62,443 bases of DNA, filler included, from a bacterium (GCA_046331705.1; 4 parts of 4 records of this genome joined end to end with filler, not necessarily neighbours in it), one strand, 5' to 3'. Shown: positions 1-10,468, numbered from the whole stretch's first letter. Program-made: numbers and translations. The notes: generated from the letters alone by a model not told the origin.

Positions 1-8
1 CGGGGCGG

Positions 9-1435
9 GTGCCGGCGAAGCTCGTCTGCCTGGACCGCGGCCAGCCCGCGATCGAGGCTTCGATCCTGACGTCGCCCGTCGCCGTGACGTTGGAGCCGGG
101 GAGCGCCGACCCCGACCTCTCGCGTCACCCCGCGATCGTCGCCGCCACGACCGAGCTCTGCGACGACGACGGCGACGGCGAGCCGGACACCGGGCGCTAC
201 TACGCCGTATGGCACGATGGCCAAGCCCATGCCGGCGGACCGTTCGTGTCGGGCTGGCCCGTCGCGACGCCCACGACGACCATCGGCGCGACGATCCCGT
301 TGCCGCCACTCACCACGGGCGGCGACTTCGGACCCGCCGCGGGGGTCGTGGGCGGCGAAACGCTCGTCTACGGCGGAAACTTCCTCGGCTTTCCATTCGT
401 CGTGCGCACCCGTTCCGGCACGACGTCGATCGAGCTCTTGCTCTCGGGCGATGGCGATCTCGCGGCGGGCGGCGGTGCGACGATCGCCCGCTTCGATCCG
501 AGCTCCGAGGTGCCGACGCTGCTCGTTCCGACCGCGACCATCCTCGACCAAGGGCCCGGCATCCAGGCGCTCGATCACAACATCGTGGGCTGGCGCGCCG
601 AGCCGCCGTACGAACGAGTCATCCGCGCGCCGATGGACGACATCCAGTTCCTCTCCAACCCAGCCGTGGCGGACGTCAGCGGCGACGGTCGCCCCGAGGT
701 GATCGGTGGCTCGGGCGGCTATCTGCTGCGCGCTTACGATGCGTCCCTGGCGATCGCACCCGGGTGGCCGCGCTACACACAGGGCTGGATCGTGGCGAGC
801 CCGTCCCTGGGCGATGTCGACGGCGACGGCCGGCTCGAGGTCGTGATCCCCACGCGCGAAGGCAATCTCTTCGCGTGGCGCACCGCCGGTGCCACCTGCC
901 GTGCCGATGGCGCCTGGCAGCCCGAATGGTGGACCTACCACCGCGACGAGCACCGCAGCGGCGTCTACGGCCACGATTCGCTGGCGCCTGCGCGGCTGCG
1001 CGAGCTGACTCGCTCGAGCGACGTGGACGGCTCGATCGAGCTCGGCTGGATCGCGCCCGGCGGCGACGGGCCCTGTGGCCGAGCCGCGCGTTACGACGTC
1101 CGGTACGCCACGGACCCGTCGGCGGACTTGAGCGATCCGGTCACGTTCGCCGCCGCACCGAGTGTGTCGAACCCGCCGTCACCGGCTGTGGCCGGCAGTC
1201 GCGAGCGCTTCCACTTCGTGCCGCCCCCGGATGCCGTGAGCTACGCGATTCGGGCCATCGACGAGCACGGCCTGATCGGGCTGCCCGCCGTCGCGTCGAG
1301 CGCGGCGCAGCCCGGCCGAGCACGCCACTCGGGCGGGTGCACCGTCGCCGACGGCGCGGCCAGCGACGGTTCGGGCGATGCGCTCGCCGTCCTGGCGCTG
1401 ATCGCGCCGTGGCGGCGGCGACGCCGCGCCCGAAT
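9..1435 (+). CDS. FG-GAP/VCBS-repeat surface protein with FN3-like domain and MYXO-CTERM-like sorting tail (partial)
   Basis: Repeats PAVADVSGDGRPEV and SPSLGDVDGDGRLEV; FN3-like segment LGWIAPGGDG...YDVRYAT...YAIRAIDE; C-terminus GGC...hydrophobic segment...WRRRRRAR; runs into the linker. Confidence 0.75.
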
Positions 1436-1535
1436 NNNNNNNNNNNNNNNNNNNNNNNNNNNNNNNNNNNNNNNNNNNNTTAATTAATTAANNNNNNNNN
1501 NNNNNNNNNNNNNNNNNNNNNNNNNNNNNNNNNNN
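1436..1535. other. Artificial contig linker (N44-TTAATTAATTAA-N44)
   Basis: N runs around a stop-in-all-frames 12-mer; identical at three places. Confidence 0.98.
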
Positions 1536-2128
1536 GCGCTCTCGAACGGCGCCGCGTCGATGCCGTTCCACAGCACCGGCACCGCCAGCGGATGCTGCCC
1601 AGCCGCCACCAGCTCGTGCATCACCGAGGCCGAGATGGCGATCAGCCGCTCCATCTCGCGCGCCGCGAGGCGAAATCGCGCGCTGCGAAAGAGCCCCAGA
1701 TCCTCGTCGCGAACGTGACAGATCGCGGGGATGCCCGTGAGCCGCGCCACCGCCGCGGCCCGCGTCAGCCGCCACACGGTGCCCGCGTGGATGAGCCGCA
1801 CCCCTCGCTCGCGCGCGACCGTCGCGAGCCCGCGGACCACGCGCCACCACGCCAGCGGATCGAGGCGACCTAAGTGCGGCGTGCCGTCGAGGTAGACCTC
1901 GATGTCCCGCGCGCGCGCAGCGTCCGCGAGCGGCCCTTCTCCGGGCAACGCCAGGATCGGCGCGAAGAGCCGACGATCGAGACGCGCGCTCGCTTCCAGC
2001 AGGCTGCGCTCGGCTCCACCCATCCGCGACGTGTACGCGAGGAGCAAGATCGGCGCGGGCCAGCGAGTGTCGGGCGGGGCGCCGCGCCCTCGCTGGCTCC
2101 ACCCTCGCTTTCGCGCAGTGGATCGCAT
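1536..2128 (-). CDS. Glycosyltransferase family 4 (GT-B), N-terminal part, truncated by linker
   Basis: MGGAERSLL, LPGEGPL, LIHA, ICHVRD, IAISASV, WNGID motifs. Confidence 0.85.
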
Positions 2129-3904
2129 TCAGCGCGACCCCGGCTTCCGCGCCAAGACCACGTAGCCCTTCGCCATCCGCGAGCCGCGGTCCCACAGGAA
2201 GCGCGTGAGGCGGCCGGTCTCGCCGTGACGGGTCGCGAGCCTAAGCGCGATCGCACGCGTCCACAGAAAGGCGCGTTGCGCCGCCACCGAGCCGCGGTGC
2301 GTGAGCGCGCCGCCGAGCCGCTCGAGCCAGCGCAGGTGCAGCGCCCGCGCACAGCGCGCGACGCACTCCCCGGGAAGCGTCGCGAGATTCCGGGCCAGGA
2401 AATCCGCGATCACGGCTCCCGCCCCGCCCACCGCACGGATCTGCTCGATCTCGAAGCCCGCGCCGCGCAGCAGCAACGCGAGGCCATCCTCGGTGAAACG
2501 CCAGCGGTCCTCGGGCGCATCGTGGATTCGATAGAAAAACGGCGCCGAGACCAGCACCGAGGCCCCGGGACGCGCGACGCGGAACACCTCCGCCAGAACC
2601 AGATCGGGTGCGCGCACGTGCTCGAGGACCTCCGCGACCACGACCCCGTCGAAGCGCGCGTCGCAGATCGGCAGCCGGGCCGCGTCGGCGCGCACGCTCG
2701 CGGCGCTGGCGCGCGGCGAGCGATCGATGCCCACGTACCCGTCGCGCGGGAGCTCGAGCGGTGCGCGCAGCGGCCCGTCGCCGCAACCGAGATCGAGCAC
2801 CGCGCCGGCGAGCCGCCGCCGAAAGGGCACCAGGGCTTCGAGCAGCAGCTCGCCCGCGATCAGCGAGTCGGAGCCGCGCGCATCGAAGCGCGCGCGGCCC
2901 GTGATCGGATCGCGCACGATCCGACCGGCGGCGATCGGAGTCTCCGCTCCCGGCGGCGCCGGCACGAACGGCTGGAAATGGCCGAGCAAACGCCGGTAGA
3001 GCTCGCTCGGCAGCGGCACGCCACGGCGGTCGAGAACGTCGCACACGGCGATCGCGCGCCACAGCAGCCGATGCGCGAACCCGCGCCAGCGCGGCCGCCG
3101 CCGCCGCGCCACCAACGTCGCGAGGACCGGCGCCTGGCGCAACGCGCGATACGCCGAGGGCAGCGCGCGTTCGCGCCAGCGGAGGTACTCGCCGAGCGAG
3201 CGCCCGCTTCGCGGCAGCGCCCGCACCGACGCATCACCGGCCCAGCCCACGGCGACCCCACGGTGCGTGAGCCGGTAGCCGAGCTCCACGTCCTCCCACG
3301 CGGCGATCTCGAAGCCCTCGTCGAAGCCGCCGACGGCGAGAAACGCCGCGCGCGCGATCGACAGGTTGGAGGTGTGGAAGCGGGTGAAGGACACGCCACC
3401 CGGCGCGCGTGACTCACGCTCCGCGGCGGCGAAGTCGAAGTGAACGCCGGTGCGCCAGACGAAGCGATCGAACGGCGTGTCGCCGCCGTCTGCCGGCGGT
3501 TCGACGCGGCCGACGAAGGCCGTCGGCTGCGACGACGAAGCGGCGACGTCGGCGTGCGCGCGCAGATGCGCGACGAGCCAGTCGGGGTCGGGATCGAGGT
3601 CGTCCGCGAAGAAGACCAGCACCCGCCCCCGCGCTCGGCGCGCTCCTTGATTCCGGGCGCGGGCCGGTCCGAAGCGGCCTTGGCGCAGCACCACCACCTC
3701 GCGGCCGAACGCTCGTGCGCCGGTCAAGCTCGGTGTCACCGGCTCCCTCGAGCCGTCGTCGATCACGATCAACTCGGCGGCGACGTGCTCGTGCCGCACC
3801 CGCGCCAAGCGCATCGGCAGACCGCCGATCAGGCCCGCCCGATCGCGCGTGGGCACGATCACGCTCACATCGAGGCTTTCCGCGACTCGCTCGGCCGCAC
3901 TCAT
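2129..3904 (-). CDS. GT2 glycosyltransferase fused to class I SAM-dependent methyltransferase
   Basis: SVIVPTRDR, IVIDDGS, GPARARNQG, GGFDEGF..WEDVELGYRL; then VLDLGCGDG, EVLEHV, APFFYRIHDAPEDRWRFT. Confidence 0.85.
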   Translation of the reverse strand: MSAAERVAESLDVSVIVPTRDRAGLIGGLPMRLARVRHEHVAAELIVIDDGSREPVTPSLTGARAFGREVVVLRQGRFGPARARNQGARRARGRVLVFFADDLDPDPDWLVAHLRAHADVAASSSQPTAFVGRVEPPADGGDTPFDRFVWRTGVHFDFAAAERESRAPGGVSFTRFHTSNLSIARAAFLAVGGFDEGFEIAAWEDVELGYRLTHRGVAVGWAGDASVRALPRSGRSLGEYLRWRERALPSAYRALRQAPVLATLVARRRRPRWRGFAHRLLWRAIAVCDVLDRRGVPLPSELYRRLLGHFQPFVPAPPGAETPIAAGRIVRDPITGRARFDARGSDSLIAGELLLEALVPFRRRLAGAVLDLGCGDGPLRAPLELPRDGYVGIDRSPRASAASVRADAARLPICDARFDGVVVAEVLEHVRAPDLVLAEVFRVARPGASVLVSAPFFYRIHDAPEDRWRFTEDGLALLLRGAGFEIEQIRAVGGAGAVIADFLARNLATLPGECVARCARALHLRWLERLGGALTHRGSVAAQRAFLWTRAIALRLATRHGETGRLTRFLWDRGSRMAKGYVVLARKPGSR

Positions 3905-4097
3905 GGCGCGGACAAGTTACGTGCGGCGCTTCCCGCGCGGAACCCCCGCGCGTTCCGCCCCCGAGCCGAGCCACCGCTTCCCAGGGTTGGCGATGGGCGC
4001 CAACGCGGGTTGGCGGCTCGGCGATCGTCCCTCGCGCTCGCCACTCGCGAACCGAGCGCAGCGCGTGGTCCGCGCGCGACGAACGACCGGTTGCACG

Positions 4098-4114
4098 TTG
4101 GTGCCGATCTTGCT
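4098..4114 (+). promoter_or_regulatory. Candidate sigma54 (-24/-12) promoter
   Basis: TTGGTGCCGATCTTGCT has GG-N10-GC spacing and TTGC, about 60 nt upstream of ATG 4177. Confidence 0.45.
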
Positions 4115-4176
4115 CGTGACGCTCGCCGCCGCGCGTCACCACACCGATTCGATGGATTCCTGCCCGGGGGGGCCGC

Positions 4177-6792
4177 ATGACCCAGCACGCTCGCGTCACT
4201 CGACTCGCACGCGCCTACGTCTCGATCGGCGGCGCCGCCTTGCTCGCGGCCCTGGCGTTCCCGACCCTCGCCAGCGCCGCGCACGCGTGGTTCGCGTTCA
4301 ACGTGCGTGACGCCAGCACCAATCAACCGCTCGGGTGCGCGCGCTTCCGGACCATCCACGACGTGGAGCTGGTGAGCGACGCGAACGGAAACATCGCGTT
4401 CTACGAGCCAGGGCTCATGGGTCAGAGCGTGTGGTTCCACATCACTCGCCAGGGCTACAAGGGCCAGAGCTTCCCCGACCCCGACGGCTTCGGTTTCTCC
4501 GGCAAGGCGTTCATCGTGACCGAGGGTGGAAGTGCCACGGTGCTGATGACGCCGATCGCGGGCCAGGACCCGGGAAGCTGCGCACCGGGGACGGACGAGA
4601 CCACGTTGCTCGGCGGGCCGGTCCCTGCGCCGAGCGCGCGCTTTCGCATCCGCGTGATCGATGCCGCGAGCGGACGCGGAGTCCCGCTGGTCCACGTGAC
4701 GTCGCCTCGTCGCACCTACCAGACCGACTCGAAGGGATGGGTGGCGTTCCACGATCCGGCGCTCATGTCTCAGCCGGTGGCGTTCCAGATCGCGAGCTTC
4801 GGCTACACCCCCGCGACCGCCTCGTTCACCACGACACCGGGCGGCAGCGGCCAGGTCGCGCTCACGCGCATCAACGTCGCCGAGCGGCTCTATCGAGAGA
4901 CGGGCGGTGGCATCTATCGCGACAGCGACCTCCTCGGCATGGCGGCACCCACCGCGCAGCCGCTGCTCAACGGCAAGGTGCTCGGCTCGGACTCCGTCCT
5001 GAGCACCGTCTACCAGGGAAAGGCGTTCTGGATCTGGGGCGACACGAACTTCCCCCAGTACCCGCTCGGCAACTTCAAGTCGACGGGCGCCACGTCGCTG
5101 CTGCCTGGGCAAGGCGGGCTCGACCCCGCGGACGGCGTCGATCACGTGTACTTCACCCGCGCCGATGGCTCCGCTGCCGAGATGCTCCCCAGCAGCACCG
5201 TGCCGAATCCGCCGGGCTACACCGCTTTCCTGGCGGCCTGGGTCGGGAGCCTGGTGGCGGTCCCCGACGGCAACGGAGTCGAGCGACTGTTCGCTCAGTA
5301 CTCGCTGGTTCCCGGGCTCGCCACGCCGCTCCAGCAGGGCTGGGCACGTTTCAACGACGCCACCCACGTCTTCGAGCAACCGGTCGTGCTCAGCGGCAAC
5401 GAGGTGGTGAAGGCGGAAGGGCATGCGTTCGACTGGACGCACGGCAGCGCGCGCTACGTCCACTTCGAGCCGCGCTACATCGGCACGACCGGCCTCCACG
5501 ACGCGCCGGTGCGCGTCCCCGCGACGGCGAGCGCGATCGTGGATCCCCGCACGTATCAAGCGTTCACCGCGCTCGCGCAGGGCAGCTCGACCCAGCTCGT
5601 CCGCGACGGCGACGGTCGTCTGGTCTACACGTGGAAGACCGGCACGCCGCCGATCTCGGGGGATTCGGCCACCTCGGCGGGAGTCGCGCCCGAGGAAACG
5701 CTCTATGGGCACTACGCGGAGCCCGAGACCCTCGAGCAACCGCTCGCCCACGGCGCCCACACCGCGTGGAACGAGCACCGCAAACGCTTCGTGCAGATCT
5801 TCACGCAAGGCCTCGGCACCACCTCGCTCCTGGGCGAGGTCTGGTTCGCCGAGGCGGATACGCCGATGGGGCCGTGGGTCTACGCGCGCAAGGTCATGAC
5901 CCAGGACAACTACAGCTTCTACAACCCCAACCACCATGCGTTCCTGGACCAGCAGGGCGGCAAGCTCCTCTACTTCGAGGGCACCTACACCACGCTCTTC
6001 ACCAGCGGCCAAACGCCCACGCCGCGCTACGAATACAACAACGAGATGATGCGTCTCGATCTCGGCGACGCGCGGCTGGCGTTGCCGGTTCCGGTCTACG
6101 ATCTCGGCATCGCGGCGGCCGGTGGAACGCTGCCCGGCAACCTGGTCACCAAGTCGGGGCTGCGCGCGAGCACGGCGAATCGCGCCGCCGCCTTCTTCGC
6201 GCGCGATCGGGCGGTGACGGGGTTGGTTCCGGTGTGGTGGTCGGACGCCGCGTGCCGGCCGCGCGCGCTGCTCGCCGGCGGCTCACCGCAGACCGAGCCG
6301 ATCTTCTGGGCTCTTCCCGGCGACACGCCCAACCCTCCCACGAACACGGTGCCACTCTGGGAATTCACGACCAACGTCGCGTCGCTGCCGCCGCACGTGT
6401 ACACGACCGATGCGGGATACGCGAATCCGGACTACGTACGCGGCGCCACGCCGCTGGTTCACGTGTGGGTGAATCCGATGAGCGGCGTAACGCTGCCCGT
6501 GACGGACTACCTGGGGTCGGTGGTGGCGGACGCGGGCGCCGACGTCTGCACCGTAGCGACCAGCTCCTCCGGCGCCTACGTCAGCCTCGACGCCTCGCAG
6601 ACCGCCACTCCGAACGGCGCGGCCGTGAGCCATGCGTGGAGCTTCAGCGGCGGATCGGCGAGCGGCGCCAAACCGTCCGTGCTGCTGCCCAAGGGACTGA
6701 GCTCGGTGAAGCTCACGACCACGGCGGGCAGCGTCACCAGCACGGACTACGTGACCGTGTACGTCGCTCCGTGTACCAGCGGCTGCTGCTGA
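4177..6792 (+). CDS. Secreted protein: two carboxypeptidase-regulatory-like beta-sandwich repeats, probable beta-propeller core, C-terminal PKD-like domain
   Basis: Signal peptide ending ASA/AHA; duplicated N-terminal module; VAERLYRETGGGIYRDS, WIWGDT, YSFYNP motifs; ADAGAD..VSLDAS..SHAWSF PKD-like end. Confidence 0.6.
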   Translation: MTQHARVTRLARAYVSIGGAALLAALAFPTLASAAHAWFAFNVRDASTNQPLGCARFRTIHDVELVSDANGNIAFYEPGLMGQSVWFHITRQGYKGQSFPDPDGFGFSGKAFIVTEGGSATVLMTPIAGQDPGSCAPGTDETTLLGGPVPAPSARFRIRVIDAASGRGVPLVHVTSPRRTYQTDSKGWVAFHDPALMSQPVAFQIASFGYTPATASFTTTPGGSGQVALTRINVAERLYRETGGGIYRDSDLLGMAAPTAQPLLNGKVLGSDSVLSTVYQGKAFWIWGDTNFPQYPLGNFKSTGATSLLPGQGGLDPADGVDHVYFTRADGSAAEMLPSSTVPNPPGYTAFLAAWVGSLVAVPDGNGVERLFAQYSLVPGLATPLQQGWARFNDATHVFEQPVVLSGNEVVKAEGHAFDWTHGSARYVHFEPRYIGTTGLHDAPVRVPATASAIVDPRTYQAFTALAQGSSTQLVRDGDGRLVYTWKTGTPPISGDSATSAGVAPEETLYGHYAEPETLEQPLAHGAHTAWNEHRKRFVQIFTQGLGTTSLLGEVWFAEADTPMGPWVYARKVMTQDNYSFYNPNHHAFLDQQGGKLLYFEGTYTTLFTSGQTPTPRYEYNNEMMRLDLGDARLALPVPVYDLGIAAAGGTLPGNLVTKSGLRASTANRAAAFFARDRAVTGLVPVWWSDAACRPRALLAGGSPQTEPIFWALPGDTPNPPTNTVPLWEFTTNVASLPPHVYTTDAGYANPDYVRGATPLVHVWVNPMSGVTLPVTDYLGSVVADAGADVCTVATSSSGAYVSLDASQTATPNGAAVSHAWSFSGGSASGAKPSVLLPKGLSSVKLTTTAGSVTSTDYVTVYVAPCTSGCC

Positions 6793-6972
6793 CGATTCGA
6801 CGGTGCCGTGGTTCCAGGAAAGCTGGGCTCGGCTTGGCGAGCGATTGCAGGCTGGCTCGGGGTGGGCGCGAAAGCAGTCGCGCTTCTTTCGGGACGGAGG
6901 CCTCGTGAGACCTGCGAGCAAGCGTGGCGCGCGGAGCCCGGCACGGTGCGCGGCGCAACGAGCGCCAGGCAC

Positions 6973-8715
6973 CTAGTCGCGCGAGCTCGCCACGGGGCGC
7001 GAGCGCAAGATCTCACCCAGCAGCTTCGCCTGGTTGTCGAGACGGGCGGAGGCAGCGCCGCCCTCGCCCAGATAGCCGCGCAGCACGAAGTTGAGCGCGG
7101 CGACGTTGCCGAGCTCGTGGCGCTCGATCGCACCGCCGAAGGGCTCGGGCAGCGCGTCGCGCACCCGCTCCGCTGTCAGGTACTCGCAGAGCCACGGGTA
7201 GCGCGCAGGGTCACGAGCCCAGACCCCGATGTTCGCGTCCCCACCCTTGTCCCCCGAGCGCGCGCCGCACACCTCGCCGAGCAAGGTGCCGGGCCGCGGC
7301 CGTGACGCGGGCGCGACCACACGCGCGGCGCTCGGTCGCGGCGCGGGCGCGCGCTCGTCCACGGCTCGGTGCACGGGCGGCAGCGCCGGCGCGGGGACCT
7401 CGAGCACCCTCTCGCCGATCGACACCCGCGCGATCACCCGTTCGCGCGCCACACGCGTCGGCCACGTGCCGGCGCACGCGACGGCCGGTGTGGGCGGGCC
7501 CGCGAAGGTGATGCCGGGGACACTCGCCAGCGCGAGCTCGACGGCGGCGTTGCTGAACGCGCGGCCAACACGCGCCTCGTCTCGATCGCGCACGGCGAAA
7601 CGCGTGTAGCTGGTGGTGGTCGCCGGATCGGCGAATCGCTCGGCTCGCGCCTCGGCGAATCGCTCGCGTCCGCCCACGGCGCTCCACAAGAGCGCCTCGA
7701 ACGCGCGGGATTTCTCCGCGGCATCGGCGCCGCCGATGACCACGTCCACGTGATTTCGAAAGCCCGCGGCGTAGTGCGCGGAGACCTTGAGCGAGGGCGG
7801 CGGTGGGGACCCCCGCGCGCCGCTCACCCGCACGCGATCGCGTCCCACCTCTTCCACGAGCACCGAATCGAAGTGCGCCGTGACGTCGGGCGTCAGGTAC
7901 GCGGGCGAACCGATCTCGTAGAGAAGCTGAGCGAGCACCGTGTCGCGCGAGACCATGCCGCCCGTTCCCGGGTGCTTGGTGACGACGAAGCTCCCGTCCG
8001 CCTCGATCTCCGCGATCGGAAACCCCATCGCCGCGAGCTCGGGAATCTCGCGCCAGAAGCTATGGTTGCCGCCGGTCACCTGGGTGCCGCACTCGATCAG
8101 GTGCCCGGCCACGATGCCGCCCGCCAGCCGATCCCAGTCGTCGGAGCGCCAGCGAAACCGCCACATCGCCGGGGCCAGCGTGAGCGCCGAGTCGGTGACC
8201 CGACCGGTGACGACGATGTCGGCGCCAGCCTCGAGCGCCGCCACGATCGGCCACGCACCGAGGTACGCCGCGGCGGCGACCACCGGCTCACCGAGAGTCG
8301 CGAACGGCGCACCCGTCACGCCGTTCGCGAGTAGCTCGCCTGCGTCCGCCAGCTCGGACAATCGAGCCAGCAGATCCTCCCCCTCCACGACCGCGATGCG
8401 CGGCGTTCGCCCCAGCCGTCGCGCCGCCACCTCGATGGCCGCGCGGCACCCGTGTGGGTTGAGGCCACCGGCGTTGGACACGATCTGGATGCCGCGGTCG
8501 AGGCACGCCGCGAGAACGTCCTCCACCTGGTGCACGAAGGTGCGCGCGTAGCCGCGCGTCGCATCCCGCGCCTTGTCGCGCGCCAGGATCGCGAGCGTGA
8601 TCTCGGCCAGGTAGTCGCCGGTGAGCACGTCGATCGGCCCGCCCTCGACGAGCTCGCGCGCCGCGCTCAGCCGGTCGCCGTAGAACCCGCTGCAGTTGGC
8701 GACCCGAAGCGCCAT
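6973..8715 (-). CDS. Acyclic terpene utilization AtuA family protein (DUF1446)
   Basis: ANCSGFYGDR, GDYLAE, NAGGLNP, GRVTD, GHLIECGTQVTGGN, QLLYEI, ARSGDKGG. Confidence 0.9.
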   Translation of the reverse strand: MALRVANCSGFYGDRLSAARELVEGGPIDVLTGDYLAEITLAILARDKARDATRGYARTFVHQVEDVLAACLDRGIQIVSNAGGLNPHGCRAAIEVAARRLGRTPRIAVVEGEDLLARLSELADAGELLANGVTGAPFATLGEPVVAAAAYLGAWPIVAALEAGADIVVTGRVTDSALTLAPAMWRFRWRSDDWDRLAGGIVAGHLIECGTQVTGGNHSFWREIPELAAMGFPIAEIEADGSFVVTKHPGTGGMVSRDTVLAQLLYEIGSPAYLTPDVTAHFDSVLVEEVGRDRVRVSGARGSPPPPSLKVSAHYAAGFRNHVDVVIGGADAAEKSRAFEALLWSAVGGRERFAEARAERFADPATTTSYTRFAVRDRDEARVGRAFSNAAVELALASVPGITFAGPPTPAVACAGTWPTRVARERVIARVSIGERVLEVPAPALPPVHRAVDERAPAPRPSAARVVAPASRPRPGTLLGEVCGARSGDKGGDANIGVWARDPARYPWLCEYLTAERVRDALPEPFGGAIERHELGNVAALNFVLRGYLGEGGAASARLDNQAKLLGEILRSRPVASSRD

Positions 8716-8719
8716 GCCG

Positions 8720-9739
8720 TCACTCCTCGGGCGGACCGGATGCGCGAGCGAGCTGGGACGCGTTGACCGAGCCCGCGTCGAAGCGTCGCGCCGCTGCGAT
8801 CATGCGGTCGAGCGTCGCGTCGAAGGGCGGCGCCTCGCTCCCCTTGTAGAAGCGAATCGGGTTCACGCGTGCGACCACGAACGCGCGCAAGTACGGGCTC
8901 TCGAATCCCCGCTCCTTGAGCGCCGCCATCGCCGCCACCACCGCCTCCTCGAGCGCCAGCACGCGACGCGCGCGCTCGGCGCGGATCTCGAGCGCCTGGC
9001 TCATCGGCTCCTCGATGAACCCGTCCACCCGGTTGAGCAGCGCGTGGTAGGCGCCGCCGCCGAAACGCGGCCGCTCCTCGTAGCACAGGCCCAGCGTGAG
9101 CAGCGCCGGCTCCTCGAACTCGAGGGCGAAGTCTGCCTCGGTGCGTCCGTCGCTGGCGGCGAGGCTGCGCGCCATGCGGATCACCTCGAGCGCCTTCTCG
9201 CGCAAGGCGTGCGCCTTCTCGGTGTTGAGCGCCAGGATCTTGTAGGCCACCGCCGGATCGGGCAGCACCAGCGCCACGATCGCACGCGCGCCGAGGCGGT
9301 TCATCGCCGAGAGCCGATGATTGCCGTTGGGCGTCCAGTAGCTGCGCTCGCCCTGACGCATGGCGATCACCGGATCGAGGAAGCGGCCGATCTTGTCGAT
9401 CACCTTGGTGAGGCGATTGGCGTGCGCCTCCGAGAGATCGCGCTGGAACGGCGTGGGCGCGACCTGCTCGATCGGCAGTCCCGCGAGCACCTGCCAATGG
9501 CCGCCGAGCGGATCCCGATACGTGCCCAGCACCGAGCCGCCATCGTTCTCGATCTCGCGGACCAGCGCCGAGATCTCGGCCGGCGGCGCCTCGCCCGCGA
9601 GCTCCGGCGCGCGCAGGCCTCGCGACGCGGGCTCCACGGCGGCTTTCTTGCGCCGGCCGCCACCCGCAGTCGCACGCGGCGCCCGCGTGGTCGTCCGCTT
9701 GGGCTTCTCTGCACCGTCGCCTGTGCTCGCTTTCGCCAC
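8720..9739 (-). CDS. ParB/Srx-like N-terminal domain protein
   Basis: PTPFQRDLS, FLDPVI, WTPNGNHRL, ALNTEKAH..REK. Confidence 0.75.
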   Translation of the reverse strand: MAKASTGDGAEKPKRTTTRAPRATAGGGRRKKAAVEPASRGLRAPELAGEAPPAEISALVREIENDGGSVLGTYRDPLGGHWQVLAGLPIEQVAPTPFQRDLSEAHANRLTKVIDKIGRFLDPVIAMRQGERSYWTPNGNHRLSAMNRLGARAIVALVLPDPAVAYKILALNTEKAHALREKALEVIRMARSLAASDGRTEADFALEFEEPALLTLGLCYEERPRFGGGAYHALLNRVDGFIEEPMSQALEIRAERARRVLALEEAVVAAMAALKERGFESPYLRAFVVARVNPIRFYKGSEAPPFDATLDRMIAAARRFDAGSVNASQLARASGPPEE

Positions 9740-9892
9740 GGCTCACCTCCCTCGCTCGCGCCCTCGCTCGCTCGACGGGCAGGATGAGCGGGCGTGCTCC
9801 GCTCGTCAAAGACGTGGATATCCTTCGCGTCACCACGTCTCGCGCGGCGGCGCGTGACCACCCAGCGTGACGAGCGAGGAGGTCGACACGCG

Positions 9893-10333
9893 ATGAGCAT
9901 CGATCACGGCTTCACCCACGTGGCGCTGATGGTGAGCGATCTCGATCGCACGATCGCGTTCTATGCGAAGTACGCCGAGATGAAGGTGGTGCATCAGCGC
10001 GCCGACGGCACGTCCCGCACTCGGGTCGCGTGGCTCAGCGACCGCACGAGGCCGTTCGTGATCGTGTGCGTCGAGCTGCCGCGCTGGGTGCCGCGCTTCG
10101 TGCTGCGCGCGGCCAAGGGGCTCTTCTCGTTCGAGCACCTCGGCGTGGGCTGCGCGAGCCGCGAGGACGTGGACCGGCTGAGCGCCGAGGCGGCGCGCGA
10201 GGGCTGCTTGCGACGCCCGCCGATGGACTCCGGCCCACCCGTCGGGTACTGGTCGTTCCTCGCCGACCCCGACGGCAACACCCTCGAGCTCTCCTACGGC
10301 CAAGAGGTCGGAATCACCGTCGCGACGGCGTGA
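9893..10333 (+). CDS. VOC / glyoxalase family protein
   Basis: THVALMVSDL..FY, HLGVGC, DPDGNTLELS; GGAGG ribosome-binding site upstream of ATG 9893. Confidence 0.9.
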   Translation: MSIDHGFTHVALMVSDLDRTIAFYAKYAEMKVVHQRADGTSRTRVAWLSDRTRPFVIVCVELPRWVPRFVLRAAKGLFSFEHLGVGCASREDVDRLSAEAAREGCLRRPPMDSGPPVGYWSFLADPDGNTLELSYGQEVGITVATA

Positions 10334-10468
10334 CCCGTCCTCGTTCGCGAGGGAACGGGATCCTCCTCGCTGCTCACGCACGCGGACGCGGCACCGCGAT
10401 GCCTGGCATGAGCGGCGCGACGGCACTCGTCCGCTCCGAGCGGCTGCACGCGACGCCGCCCTGGCGGC

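Noticed and set aside
1436-1535. TTAATTAATTAA palindrome in N runs (also 25911-26010 and 32295-32394)
   Set aside because: Artificial contig linker with stops in all frames; not a biological repeat. ORFs ending in X runs are truncated genes.
3901-6012. Long antisense or alternate-frame ORFs (e.g. 3901-6012, 4335-6908, 25963-28827, 40102-42588, 47568-49487)
   Set aside because: Arg/Ala/Pro-rich shadow ORFs expected at this GC content; they overlap well-supported genes and show no motifs.
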